A stretch of 64,000 bases of DNA from a virus: positions 64,001 through 128,000 of IMG/VR virus record IMGVR_UViG_3300031552_000001. One strand, 5' to 3'. The notes below the pieces were generated by a model, which made no database searches, was not told the origin of the DNA, and saw nothing but the letters and a program-made list of their open reading frames with translations. Below are positions 1 to 9,527 of the stretch, piece after piece. A program made the position numbers and the translations under genes. Positions within the stretch are counted from its first letter, which is position 1. Each line of letters opens with the position of its first letter.

Positions 1-2451
1 CATGCCCATTAAAGCAGGAGTGGCGAGACTCTTCTCTAACTCCGGGCACTCTCCCATCTGATTCAGTACGTCCTTTGGAAGAGAGGGTTCTGTTTGAGAA
101 AGTATAGGGGAAACCCTGCCCACTGCTTTACTAGGCCCTATCCTCTTTACAATCTCAGCCCATTTCAGGTGGGACATTTTCGTCTCGTTCGACACCTTCA
201 ATAATTCTTCGGGGCTCCACCCGTGATGGATAACTCGAGCTACCTTCACCGCAGCAATGTCTACAGAAGCTGTCTTGGCTTTAACGAGATCTCCAGAGTT
301 TGACCTAATAACGTTCAGCTCCTTGCCGCTAGAAGAGTCCCTCCATGTTTTTTCTCTTCGTCTAGCCGAGCCTGCGCCAGCAAATAGCTCATCTAAATTG
401 GCAGAAGCGACTTTCATAGTTCCGCCTTCCTCCGAAGCTACACTGAACTCGTCCTCCAAAATCAAATCGGCTACTTTATCTGACCAGATAGATGCTAACT
501 TTTCACCGTGCGCCTCTTTCCGGACAACCGCTTTTTTGAATAACGGGTAGGCCATAACGGTCAATGACCTAAAAAATTTCGGATTGTCGTAATGAGCTAA
601 ATAAGCAGCCTTTGCTTGCTCCGGAGTTTGGAACCCTAGCATCACTTTATCTTCATCATACTTGCCGGCCTTTCGACCATTAATAAAATTCTGGTGTACG
701 ATATAGACGTTCTCGGGGTCCCAAGGGCCTACGTAAACGTCTAGCTTGTCTCCGTCTACTCCTCGAGTTCCCAGAATCTCCCCGTATGGAAGCTTCATAT
801 GAGTCTTCCAGCCCTTACCTTCTCGAATATCACCAGGCCGGTTCTCTACATGAATAGTCAAACCTTTAAGTTTTATGGTCCCTGTAAAGGGAAATTCTTT
901 TCGATTAGGTTTTGGAGGAGGGCCAATCTTGATGTTCTTTGCGCGCTTAAACGTTTCCTCTAAATCAGCAGAAGAGGTTTTCATGCGATTTGGGTGAATC
1001 GTTTCGTGGTCTAGTTCCTTATCAAACTTTTCTTTATCTATTTCCTTCTTAGCGCCTTTCAGTGCGGTAAGGCCGTCTGGTCCGTCCCCGTCTACCCCAA
1101 ATTCTACAGTACGAGAGCTGCCGTAACTACCTAACCTCTTCGTAGCTAAAAGAACCCTGTCCAAACTAGCTAATAAGTCAGGGTTCCCCTCAATGTGATA
1201 ATCCCTACGGTCTACTTCATAAGACCCTCCTTTAACAAACGCGCTATCAGATAATTCTGCGCGGGGGTCCGTACCTCCTTGAGCTTTTCGTAAGTAGTAG
1301 TCTACGGTTTCTCTACGGCGGCATACACTACCCGGGGGCTTAGGATTCTCGCCCCTACCACGCCTCAGATAAAAGTCCATTATTTGGCTTCTTCTATCTC
1401 GTATCGGTTGTTCTCTCGATGAGTCAACTCCAGCGGACTCTTCTTCGTCTAAAGTTCCTGCATTTGTTCTAAGTACTCCGTCTTCTATTGCTGTAGGGCT
1501 TTCCTGATTATCTGTACGCCCCATGATAAGGCGAGTGTCTGCTTCATCCATAGGGTCGATAGAGGCTGTCTTTACTTGGATGCGGCACCCACTTACACAT
1601 TCTTTGCAAGTACCGACTCCACAAGCTGCTTTGATCAACCCGATTCTATCCTCTTGTAGGTTGTACACCGTTTCTGCGTCTATTACGGATTGAGGAACAT
1701 AAGAGCCAGACGCTAGCTTACACATCACCTTTGCTGTTTTATCTGCTCCAATAAATACAAAACTAATATCAAAGAACCTCGGATGAGGGTTAATGACGGA
1801 TATTCTTCTACCGTCGTCCAATATTTTACCTAAACCAATATTCTTTACGCAGCTACAGTAGTCTTCTCTAGTTTTAGACTTGTGCCCACAAATCGAACAA
1901 ACGTCGTACGGAATTCGCGTACCCATACTTACATCAGGAAACTCGCCAGCAAGGATCCTATCAACAACGTCTTGCGCACCATTCTGAAGAGCCAGCGCCT
2001 TATCGATTAGAACTACCAACTCCACCCTATGCATCTTAGCGTTCCAACAAGCCACTGCTACTGTGCCGAACGCTCGATTAGGATCTTTGTTTTGGTGATG
2101 CTTAAAAGGAAGCGCGTTAAGAAATGTCCAGTACCCGTATGGAGGTATAGGTTTACCTGTAAAATCGTCTATAGGATGAGACTGCCCGCTATGTAGTCTG
2201 CAATCATGAACAAGGGAGGCTTCCGGAAAGTCGTCCCCGTTCACATTAGCTCCATAATATTCAGACGCCCCTAACGCGTTTACCAAAACCGCTAGCTTAT
2301 TAGGGTCTTTTTGATAGCCGTTTAACCATTCCTGTACGGGGGGCATAAGATGCTTAGCCTCTTTAACCATAGTAATCTGTGGCTCAAAGAGGCAAACCAA
2401 AGGCTCCCCGTCAGGGGCAGTGCCTTTGAAAGTTGCTAGCTTAGTGATCAT
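1..2451 (-). CDS. Putative prohead protease (HK97/assemblin-like fold) fused to an InPase-like domain; 3'-truncated by the window edge and absent from the ORF track
   Basis: ATG at 2451 overlaps the TAA of the upstream gene (TAATG), and the frame stays open to position 1 (817 codons). N-terminal part: NVNGDDFP, PFKHHQNKD, DVSMG, CSICGH...YCSC, FFDISFVFIGADKTAKV. Positions ~575-870 encode GLTIHVENRPG...YGEILGTRGVDGDKLDVYVG...YDEDKVMLGF...AYLAHY. Confidence 0.75.
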   Translation of the reverse strand, partial: MITKLATFKGTAPDGEPLVCLFEPQITMVKEAKHLMPPVQEWLNGYQKDPNKLAVLVNALGASEYYGANVNGDDFPEASLVHDCRLHSGQSHPIDDFTGKPIPPYGYWTFLNALPFKHHQNKDPNRAFGTVAVACWNAKMHRVELVVLIDKALALQNGAQDVVDRILAGEFPDVSMGTRIPYDVCSICGHKSKTREDYCSCVKNIGLGKILDDGRRISVINPHPRFFDISFVFIGADKTAKVMCKLASGSYVPQSVIDAETVYNLQEDRIGLIKAACGVGTCKECVSGCRIQVKTASIDPMDEADTRLIMGRTDNQESPTAIEDGVLRTNAGTLDEEESAGVDSSREQPIRDRRSQIMDFYLRRGRGENPKPPGSVCRRRETVDYYLRKAQGGTDPRAELSDSAFVKGGSYEVDRRDYHIEGNPDLLASLDRVLLATKRLGSYGSSRTVEFGVDGDGPDGLTALKGAKKEIDKEKFDKELDHETIHPNRMKTSSADLEETFKRAKNIKIGPPPKPNRKEFPFTGTIKLKGLTIHVENRPGDIREGKGWKTHMKLPYGEILGTRGVDGDKLDVYVGPWDPENVYIVHQNFINGRKAGKYDEDKVMLGFQTPEQAKAAYLAHYDNPKFFRSLTVMAYPLFKKAVVRKEAHGEKLASIWSDKVADLILEDEFSVASEEGGTMKVASANLDELFAGAGSARRREKTWRDSSSGKELNVIRSNSGDLVKAKTASVDIAAVKVARVIHHGWSPEELLKVSNETKMSHLKWAEIVKRIGPSKAVGRVSPILSQTEPSLPKDVLNQMGECPELEKSLATPALMGM

Positions 2452-3218
2452 TAGCCTAGTCTTGGGTCATCCGCGGGCACAGCCTCTGAACCTTCCCAGA
2501 ACTGCGCCTTGTTTTTTGCTGCTTCGTATTCCTTCTCGGCAGTTTCCATGTTCTTTTGAGCTGTAAGAACTTGGAGGTTGCTAAGCGAATTTGGGCCCCC
2601 AATAGAATCGCTGCCAGAGGGCACAGATCCCATTGGAACCTTACTCATAAAAAATTCCTTACCGCTTCTACGCTTATTGGCGTCTGTAAGCTGCTTGTGC
2701 GCACCTACCAAATTGCTAACTGTGCCTATGTCGACCCTTTCTTGATCTAAGATATTCTTCACAAAAGTTCCTGCCACTAGCGGGTCTTCGGCATATGCCG
2801 GGTTGAATCTGTAAAGAGTATTAAATGCGTCCTCCACCGCCCCTGGATCTGCGTCGGAAAGATGGGGATTTTTGTCTATCATAGTTTCGAATGACTTCGC
2901 CTTGTGGACCTTATTTTTAACTGCGTCCACTAACTTGCCTGAATAGTCAGTAGCGGTGCCTATCAACGCGCCCAGCCCAACGGAGCCTGCCAGCAAAGGG
3001 GCAACGTCATGAGCCTGTGCGTAAGCTCTCTCAAAAAATCCGGCTTCAGGGCCCAGCCCCTTCACTAAATTTTTCCACCCCAGTTTTTCTGCTGCTTCTT
3101 TTCTGAATTGAGAGTCGCTTTCGTATTTGGAAAGAAAAGAACTTACGTTTTTTCCAATCCTCTCAACTTGCTCTTCAGTAAGAAGACCTTCGGCAGCCAA
3201 CTTTTCGATCAAGTTCAC
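2451..3218 (-). CDS. Hypothetical head-module protein with K-x-A motifs and a Gly-rich hydrophobic segment
   Basis: The track ORF starts at 3281. A better start is GTG at 3218, preceded by AGGAG overlapping the upstream TAG. The protein then begins (M)NLIEKLAAEG. Confidence 0.7.
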   Translation of the reverse strand: MNLIEKLAAEGLLTEEQVERIGKNVSSFLSKYESDSQFRKEAAEKLGWKNLVKGLGPEAGFFERAYAQAHDVAPLLAGSVGLGALIGTATDYSGKLVDAVKNKVHKAKSFETMIDKNPHLSDADPGAVEDAFNTLYRFNPAYAEDPLVAGTFVKNILDQERVDIGTVSNLVGAHKQLTDANKRRSGKEFFMSKVPMGSVPSGSDSIGGPNSLSNLQVLTAQKNMETAEKEYEAAKNKAQFWEGSEAVPADDPRLG

Positions 3219-3226
3219 GTTTGCTC

Positions 3227-3484
3227 CTACTGAAATTTTGGGATTGAAGGCACTGCTCGAGCATTTGCTGCTTGGAGCCACGGTTGGGTAAGCCCGGCTT
3301 GCGAATTCCTAACCCCCTGAGATACTATCGGTGCCGCCGTAGCTGCTACCAACCCCGTACCGGCAAGCCCCTTCCAGTGTCTACCAGCAAATCCAAGCGT
3401 TTTTCTTCCAGCAAGCTGAAGAGCCTTACCTACAAACGCTTCCTTAGTAATCTTTTCCGCTACTCGGCTAGACCTAAGAAGCAT
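3227..3484 (-). CDS. Small basic/hydrophobic hypothetical protein (head module)
   Basis: 85 aa that tile between neighbours; contains EKITKEAF and the hydrophobic stretch LAGTGLVAATAAPIV. Confidence 0.55.
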   Translation of the reverse strand: MLLRSSRVAEKITKEAFVGKALQLAGRKTLGFAGRHWKGLAGTGLVAATAAPIVSQGVRNSQAGLTQPWLQAANARAVPSIPKFQ

Positions 3485-5063
3485 TGCGCAACCCCTCTTT
3501 TATTGCCTTATCCACCAAGTTGTATTGATTTTGGATGCGCCTATTTGTTTCAGAAAATACCGTATCGCCTTCCGCAAGTTTACACATCGAGGCATAGATC
3601 TTTGCTATAGGGTGATTCAAATTAGGCACTCGATAGCAGGCGGTTTTACAAATACCGTATTGAATAGAATCCGCCTCTGCCTTAATAAGATCCATCCCTT
3701 GCTTAGACAATTCACCGCAAAGTGAGGCAAAAGCCAATTTAACTTCCGATTCGTTTCCGTTCACTTCATGCATAAGATGAGCAACCTCGCCCAAATTGCC
3801 TCCATTCCACATATATTGGCTAACAGCCTTGTGAAGCTCTGCGGAAGCTTCCTTTTTCATCTCCTCATTCTTTGCAGAGGCGCTGAAGCACTCATCTAGC
3901 ATCTTAGCTAATTTCTGCCTGGTTCGAATAAGACTTCCATATGGATTAGCCCACGGATAATAGTCTCGCTTGGAAACTTCCTTCTTGATAGCTTCCAAGG
4001 AGTGAGCCTCCTGCGCAGCCTTTATAAGAAGTCCTGCATGAGGTCGGCGCGCCCTAATGTAGTCAAATGCCTGCTTCGTGAAAGAGCCCATTTTTATTCC
4101 TTCACCCCCTGGAGGGGCCGTTACAGCCCCCGCCGCGGGGGCAGGAATCTGTTCTTCGGGCATAGGAAGCTGCCCTGCCATGGCTTCTGGAGCAGCTTCC
4201 GCAGGAGCTCCCGCTACTCCAGCGTCAGGAGGAGGACCTTCTGGGGCAGGAGCAGGGACCGCCCCAGGTTGGCCTTGAGGATTCATTGCGTCTAGGGTTT
4301 GTTGCTGCACCTTCTGGAGTTCTTGTCTTTTTTTAGCGAGCTCTATTTCCCGTTGAATCTCTAACATCTGTTTATTGTAGCTGTCTCCGTCCTCGGCCGA
4401 CATAGGCTCTTCTTGAGGCATTGGCGCTGGTGCTTGGGGCATCATGCCCGGGGCTACATCAGCTTGTTTAGACTTTTCATCTCCCAAAACTCGGGAAAGA
4501 ACAGAAGAATAGTCATCCCCGTTAGCACTCGCGTGTTTTGAGGTAAGATCAAAAATACGGTCTAATACCAAGTCTCCACTTTCATTCTTAGAGCGCTGAG
4601 CACAAGCTACTTTCTCCAATCCAGGAGGCGCAAAATCAACGCCCAAAAATAGCTTAGATAGTGCAGCGTCGGCTTCCAAACCCGCCTGCCCTAACTTTAC
4701 AGAACCGCGGGCATAGTCGTCGGCCGCAGGACTCATAGTCTGGGGCCGAGCCCCGTTATTGATCTCCAATAAAATCTCACCCGGGTCCGCTACCGAAAAA
4801 TCAATATTCTTGTCTGAAGCATACTTCTCATTATCACTGAACAGTCTAGAAAACGTCTCTTGGTTCGCGAATTCGACAACTCTACGTACCTGATGGGTAG
4901 AAATACTGGGATGCTCCCTAGCAATTTTTACAATCGAGTCGTTTAGTGAGCTGCTCCCAGAGAGGTATTCCACCGCAGCCCGTCTTCCCAAGGACTGTAG
5001 GTCTGAAGGACTCAAAGCGGCGTAGGTACTTTTTGATTCTAGACCAAATGGAATGTCGCTCAT
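3474..5063 (-). CDS. Hypothetical virion/head protein rich in K-x-A motifs, with a Pro/Ala/Gln-rich linker
   Basis: 529 aa; GAGG before the ATG; motifs KIAR, KYAS, KVAC, KHAS, KQAD, KQAF, KEAS, KLAF, KTAC, KLAE. Confidence 0.75.
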   Translation of the reverse strand: MSDIPFGLESKSTYAALSPSDLQSLGRRAAVEYLSGSSSLNDSIVKIAREHPSISTHQVRRVVEFANQETFSRLFSDNEKYASDKNIDFSVADPGEILLEINNGARPQTMSPAADDYARGSVKLGQAGLEADAALSKLFLGVDFAPPGLEKVACAQRSKNESGDLVLDRIFDLTSKHASANGDDYSSVLSRVLGDEKSKQADVAPGMMPQAPAPMPQEEPMSAEDGDSYNKQMLEIQREIELAKKRQELQKVQQQTLDAMNPQGQPGAVPAPAPEGPPPDAGVAGAPAEAAPEAMAGQLPMPEEQIPAPAAGAVTAPPGGEGIKMGSFTKQAFDYIRARRPHAGLLIKAAQEAHSLEAIKKEVSKRDYYPWANPYGSLIRTRQKLAKMLDECFSASAKNEEMKKEASAELHKAVSQYMWNGGNLGEVAHLMHEVNGNESEVKLAFASLCGELSKQGMDLIKAEADSIQYGICKTACYRVPNLNHPIAKIYASMCKLAEGDTVFSETNRRIQNQYNLVDKAIKEGLRNAS

Positions 5064-5123
5064 GTGTTACCTCGTAATGCACAAGTTAGTGGCGTTCGCC
5101 GCGGCTCAACCCTAACATGAGGC

Positions 5124-8100
5124 CTAATTCGTGGGAAGATTAGGGGATGACGTAATGTCAAGATCGTCCATGGTATCCTCATAGTCTTCCTCGCTCACCA
5201 ACCCATGCTCCCTCTGTATCTCTTTAGTGGGAAGAATAACGTCCGCTCGAGGTCTTATGTAAAAAGAGGCTAGAAAACCAAATACCATCGCGTGGAATGA
5301 GTCGTCGGTCCTCCCAGCAGCGCACTTGTAAATATTCATCCTAAGCCTATCATTGTACTCCGAAAATATGTTCAACATATCTATAGCAAAAGGCTCTTCG
5401 AATTCTTCCCACCGAGGAAACCAAAATACATTAGCCCTTTTTATTGCGTTAAAAACGTCTGACATCACCTCAGTGCGGTGGCATAAATGTCTCGGCACCC
5501 CCAGCTGGGCATCAAACTTTACCTTCTTCTTAACATTACCGACCCATTGGTATTTCTTCACCTTATCAGCTCCGAAATATCTAACAAGCTCGTCATTTGG
5601 CCAAAAACCCCCTCCGTAGTCTACTCCAATTTTTTGAACGTTAAATTCTCTAACTAGGTGTCGTATCTTCTTTATTTGCACTGCGGGCTCTGATTCTACA
5701 CCTTCAAATCTATGCCAATAGAACCAAGTGAATCTCTCAGGAGCAAACGGCAAATATCCTCCTAGGCAAACTACCGTGTAACTATTCTCGCCCGACCCCC
5801 AGTCAATTCCCATGAATATCGGATACTGACTGCTGTACTGCTTCACGTCTTTATAAAACTGCATGGACAACTCGTCCCAGCAGTTTCTTCTAACATCTCT
5901 TCGAGTAAGAGGTCTGGTGCCGGAATCATAACTTCTTCCAAGAACCTCATTGTAGAACTTAGCTCTGCTGTACACTCTCTGCTTGTTGAGTATGTCGTTC
6001 CAATCCATCCACGGAACCATAAGCTGAGGTATTCTAAATCCCTCAAATGGATTCTCAGTATTAGGATTGGGGTTAATTGCGCTCCAGCAGGCGTCGGGAT
6101 CGTCAGGTCGTATAAGCTTTCTACACCGGCTACAGATAAGACCGTCCGGGCCTATATTTTCCTCATCCAAAACATTCCAATGCCAGGAGCTTCTATTTTT
6201 TGGGGTTCCGTGTCTTTTACAAGGTACCACCCATTCGTTCTGCGTAGAGAACCTAGACCAGTAATACTCTATGGAGTTGTCTAAGGATTTAGGAGTTCCG
6301 GCGTAAATAAAATATTTGAATGATGAGTGAGACGCGCACTCCTCAATAACCGGCACGTTGTCGAGCAGAATGTCTTGGAATTCATCGATAACAACCAAGT
6401 CTGAAGGAATTCCACGAGTGTTATGCACTACTAGACCGTCTGCTACAAAGCAGCCAGATTCTTCCACGGTTAAATCATATACGTCATCCACTCCTTCTTC
6501 AAACACGCCCTTGACTCGGACCCACGACCGGGACGGGTCGCATAATCCTTTCAGATAAGAATCGTTCAGTTTATAAGCTATAGATAACAGTACTCTACGA
6601 CCAATACTGTCTTTGACGTTGCCTGGTCTAAGTTGAATTCTATATCTCGTCCAAGCAGAATGAGTGCTTAGGCCGTAATGCTCTTTTAAGTACCTCCTTA
6701 ACAACGCGTAAGATACAGGAATTCTGTCTTTGTCGTCTTTGCTTCTAGTAGTCTTAACCTCACATTTTCTAAAATGCCCAATAAGGTGTAAGAGCCTCTC
6801 TGTGGGGTACTTAGTCAAAGACAACGTGTAGCTTACTTTAGCCTTTTTTGTAGACGGCCTCTTGCGATAAATAGCGCTTCGAATGCCAAAATTCCATAGC
6901 ATCCTAGCCAAGCCCTCTATCAATTCCTTGGATGCACTAGAGTATCCAGCTCTAGCCCCTCCGTCGTCAGGGCTACACCAGCCATCCCCCCAAAATAATG
7001 CCCGTAAAAAAGCGATCTTCTCCGACTTAGGGGCAGACCATATGGCACGCGGTATCTTCTTATACTCCGCTTTTTTACCGAATTCCCCTAAGCTCCATAA
7101 AAGAGCCTTAGCTCCGTTAATGCCCTGTCCTCGACGGTCGGAGTACAGCCCTACATTCCAGCACGTTTTAAACCCCGGTCTAGAGTCCTCTACTCGAGAA
7201 CCTACAGACAGCCCCACCCTACGCGCTTTTACTTCAAACTCCCTCAAGTATTTCTTGTCAGAATTTGTAAACCTAACAGAGGACGGCTTGTTACACTCGC
7301 CTTCTGCTAACATGGCCCCTATGAGCCAAGCCATGTCCTCACCAACACTCAAAAAGGCGCACTCCTTGCCTGAATGGTGCGGGGCAGCTACAAAATCGCT
7401 TTTGAGGAGGTCTTCTGCATTTACCCAGCCTCGTTGCGTAAGAATAGGGTGGTCAAAGCTGCACATTAGTGGAACAGGATAGTCAGTCTCTACTCTGACT
7501 ATCCTTTTTCTTGCGCTTAAATGGGGGTTTGTAGCTGTAGCAATATAAGGCTTACCTTCTGTTGTCGAGGTAACGACCCGAACAGCCTTTCCTGCTTCTG
7601 CTAACTCCTTAATAGAGGCCAATGACCCGTCTGCTAAGTGTATTAGGCTGCTGCCATGCAAGCATCGGTCCGCGTTCAAAAATGCAAATCGAAGAGTTAT
7701 TTGTGAGTGGTTAATGAACCTCTTCTCAAACACATTTTTGAGGAGTCGATTATTGGTAGTTTGCTTCAAGAAAGGGGAAAGCTCTATAGGCTCAGCAATT
7801 CGGTCCCTACTGAACACTTTAGTTTGTTGGTTAGAGGGACTGACATAGAGCGCTCGAAAATAAGGGTTCATAAGCAAGTATGAAAGAGACACATTTCCCA
7901 GTAGCGTGCTGTTGTGCGCTACCAGCCCCTCAACGACAAAATTATGAGTATCACCTACCTCAAAGTCTACGCACTTGCAAATTCCTACTGGGGTGATCTC
8001 GACAACCCTGTCCCAATAAAGATCGGTGTCGGTGTGCGCAGCTAAAACATCCACCAACCCTTGATCGCATAATGAATCAGACCTAAAAAAACGAACATAC

Positions 8101-9479
8101 TCCAATAACTTGTTTCGAGTGGGCGGGTACTTTAATGTGCGGCGAAGCCCATCTTTATGCAAACTCTTGCGCCTATTTTCATGCCAGTTATCTTCCCCTC
8201 TAGAAGCTAAAATCTGTGCAATTAGTTTATTGATTTCTTTCGGGTACGTATCGCGATTATTACTAGAAGAGCCCGTAGGGGGTTTTACCTTCTCAGATTT
8301 TCCTAACGCCCCTATATCTTTCAGTAGGCGTGTGGCGCCCTTCTGAGTCTCTACGCGCAGTATATAAGCGAATTTTCTTTCCCCTCTTTTCTTATAAATA
8401 GACGGCCAGTTTTCTCGTATTTTGGAAGGTATACCGAACTTCCAAAGCAGGGACTGCACCTGTCTAACAAGAAGCTTGGACATAGAGCAGTATTCTAAGC
8501 TATACTTAGACCGGCTGTTTTTCTTAATGTGGCCGTCAGTAGACCAAAGACGATTTAAAAACAGTGATGTTTGCCGCATACTAAGGTCAAACACCCAAGG
8601 CGGGATAAATTTAGTGTAAGAGCTACAATCCAGAAGCCCGTCCTCTCTCATCCATCTATAAATCTCCCCAACATGAATTTTAACTATCTTGGAACTTCGA
8701 GTTGCGTAGTCATAAATTTTACTAGAACCCCCTACATTTTTAACGTCTGAAATAAATTCTGAAAGCCTCTCTCCCGGAGTTTGCGTAAAGCACACTCCGT
8801 CTGTAAGTCCGCCGTCTCCAATCAAATAGGCAGTTAGCCTTACCCTACTTTCGGGCATTGTAACTGAACCCGTAAAGTCCCCCCCTTGCCGCACAGCAGC
8901 TATTCTGTCTCCTACTCTTAATTGAGATCCCTCCGTCCAGCCGTCCCAGGTTCTCATAGGGTGGGTTAATGCTATCTCTAAGGTACGCCCTTGCCGAGTT
9001 TTTACTCTTACACAAGGCTTTGATACCCGTTTAGACACCCAACTAACGGTACCTGAAGACAGGTGTGCCCCGTCTAGCGACATTGTTACAAGAGAGTCTC
9101 CGATCTTCACGTCCCCTGCGGCAATCAACTCCCCGTTTGCTCGGCTACACAAGCTGGAGATAGGTACGCACTTCTCGACTTGCCTTCCAGCCATCAATAT
9201 TTTGCGCTTAGAAGACGAGTTGTATATAGCTCTAAGATACTCCCTGCCTTTAAAACTGAAGTTAACTAACCTACCCCCTGAAGGGATCTTAAACGCCCCC
9301 TCCACGAAAGCAGAGGGGACGGCCGTCAACGCCCCTTCTCTCGTAAAAGAACCTATATCTATCTCCTCGTTTGCTCTTTTCTCCTTAGCCGATAAAGGAT
9401 CGTACCTATAGTCTTCCTCAGTATCGTAGAGGGAACTCGGACGGACATCAGGATTATCGGATAAGGCTACACGCAGCAT
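5124..9479 (-). CDS. terL: Terminase large subunit (GpA-like) with two inteins
   Basis: Splicing restores the Walker A region AGRQVEK|STLL and NADR|TRGIPSDLVVIDEFQD (Walker B). The C-terminal nuclease has MGIDWGSG and TDDSFHA. The start is placed at 9479 (GGAGG upstream) rather than 9548. Confidence 0.92.
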   Translation of the reverse strand: MLRVALSDNPDVRPSSLYDTEEDYRYDPLSAKEKRANEEIDIGSFTREGALTAVPSAFVEGAFKIPSGGRLVNFSFKGREYLRAIYNSSSKRKILMAGRQVEKCVPISSLCSRANGELIAAGDVKIGDSLVTMSLDGAHLSSGTVSWVSKRVSKPCVRVKTRQGRTLEIALTHPMRTWDGWTEGSQLRVGDRIAAVRQGGDFTGSVTMPESRVRLTAYLIGDGGLTDGVCFTQTPGERLSEFISDVKNVGGSSKIYDYATRSSKIVKIHVGEIYRWMREDGLLDCSSYTKFIPPWVFDLSMRQTSLFLNRLWSTDGHIKKNSRSKYSLEYCSMSKLLVRQVQSLLWKFGIPSKIRENWPSIYKKRGERKFAYILRVETQKGATRLLKDIGALGKSEKVKPPTGSSSNNRDTYPKEINKLIAQILASRGEDNWHENRRKSLHKDGLRRTLKYPPTRNKLLEYVRFFRSDSLCDQGLVDVLAAHTDTDLYWDRVVEITPVGICKCVDFEVGDTHNFVVEGLVAHNSTLLGNVSLSYLLMNPYFRALYVSPSNQQTKVFSRDRIAEPIELSPFLKQTTNNRLLKNVFEKRFINHSQITLRFAFLNADRCLHGSSLIHLADGSLASIKELAEAGKAVRVVTSTTEGKPYIATATNPHLSARKRIVRVETDYPVPLMCSFDHPILTQRGWVNAEDLLKSDFVAAPHHSGKECAFLSVGEDMAWLIGAMLAEGECNKPSSVRFTNSDKKYLREFEVKARRVGLSVGSRVEDSRPGFKTCWNVGLYSDRRGQGINGAKALLWSLGEFGKKAEYKKIPRAIWSAPKSEKIAFLRALFWGDGWCSPDDGGARAGYSSASKELIEGLARMLWNFGIRSAIYRKRPSTKKAKVSYTLSLTKYPTERLLHLIGHFRKCEVKTTRSKDDKDRIPVSYALLRRYLKEHYGLSTHSAWTRYRIQLRPGNVKDSIGRRVLLSIAYKLNDSYLKGLCDPSRSWVRVKGVFEEGVDDVYDLTVEESGCFVADGLVVHNTRGIPSDLVVIDEFQDILLDNVPVIEECASHSSFKYFIYAGTPKSLDNSIEYYWSRFSTQNEWVVPCKRHGTPKNRSSWHWNVLDEENIGPDGLICSRCRKLIRPDDPDACWSAINPNPNTENPFEGFRIPQLMVPWMDWNDILNKQRVYSRAKFYNEVLGRSYDSGTRPLTRRDVRRNCWDELSMQFYKDVKQYSSQYPIFMGIDWGSGENSYTVVCLGGYLPFAPERFTWFYWHRFEGVESEPAVQIKKIRHLVREFNVQKIGVDYGGGFWPNDELVRYFGADKVKKYQWVGNVKKKVKFDAQLGVPRHLCHRTEVMSDVFNAIKRANVFWFPRWEEFEEPFAIDMLNIFSEYNDRLRMNIYKCAAGRTDDSFHAMVFGFLASFYIRPRADVILPTKEIQREHGLVSEEDYEDTMDDLDITSSPNLPTN
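6420..7664 (-). mobile_element. Intein 2 of TerL (415 aa) with LAGLIDADG homing endonuclease
   Basis: Starts CLHGSS and ends VVHN before Thr. Block B is SFDHPI; motifs are LIGAMLAEGE and FLRALFWGDGW. Confidence 0.92.
7911..9170 (-). mobile_element. Intein 1 of TerL (420 aa) with LAGLIDADG homing endonuclease
   Basis: Starts CVPISS and ends VAHN before Ser. Block B is LTHPM; LAGLIDADG-like motifs are LTAYLIGDGG and FLNRLWSTDGH. Confidence 0.92.
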
Positions 9480-9512
9480 TAAATAGTCCTCCAAGAAAAA
9501 AGAAGACCTCTC

Positions 9513-9521
9513 TGGTATAAG
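9513..9521 (+). promoter_or_regulatory. Candidate extended -10 promoter (TGGTATAAG)
   Basis: TG-n-TATAAG ends 6 nt before the ATG at 9528, in a divergent region. A similar GGTATAAG occurs at 32742. Confidence 0.35.
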
Positions 9522-9527
9522 AGGGCC

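Noticed and set aside
257-550. 97 aa plus-strand ORF in the track
   Set aside because: Antisense to the 1-2451 minus-strand ORF, which carries recognisable domains.
6883-7482. 199 aa plus-strand ORF inside terL intein 2
   Set aside because: Antisense shadow of the LAGLIDADG domain, with no recognisable motifs or ribosome-binding site, unlike the same-strand nested nuclease at 34656.
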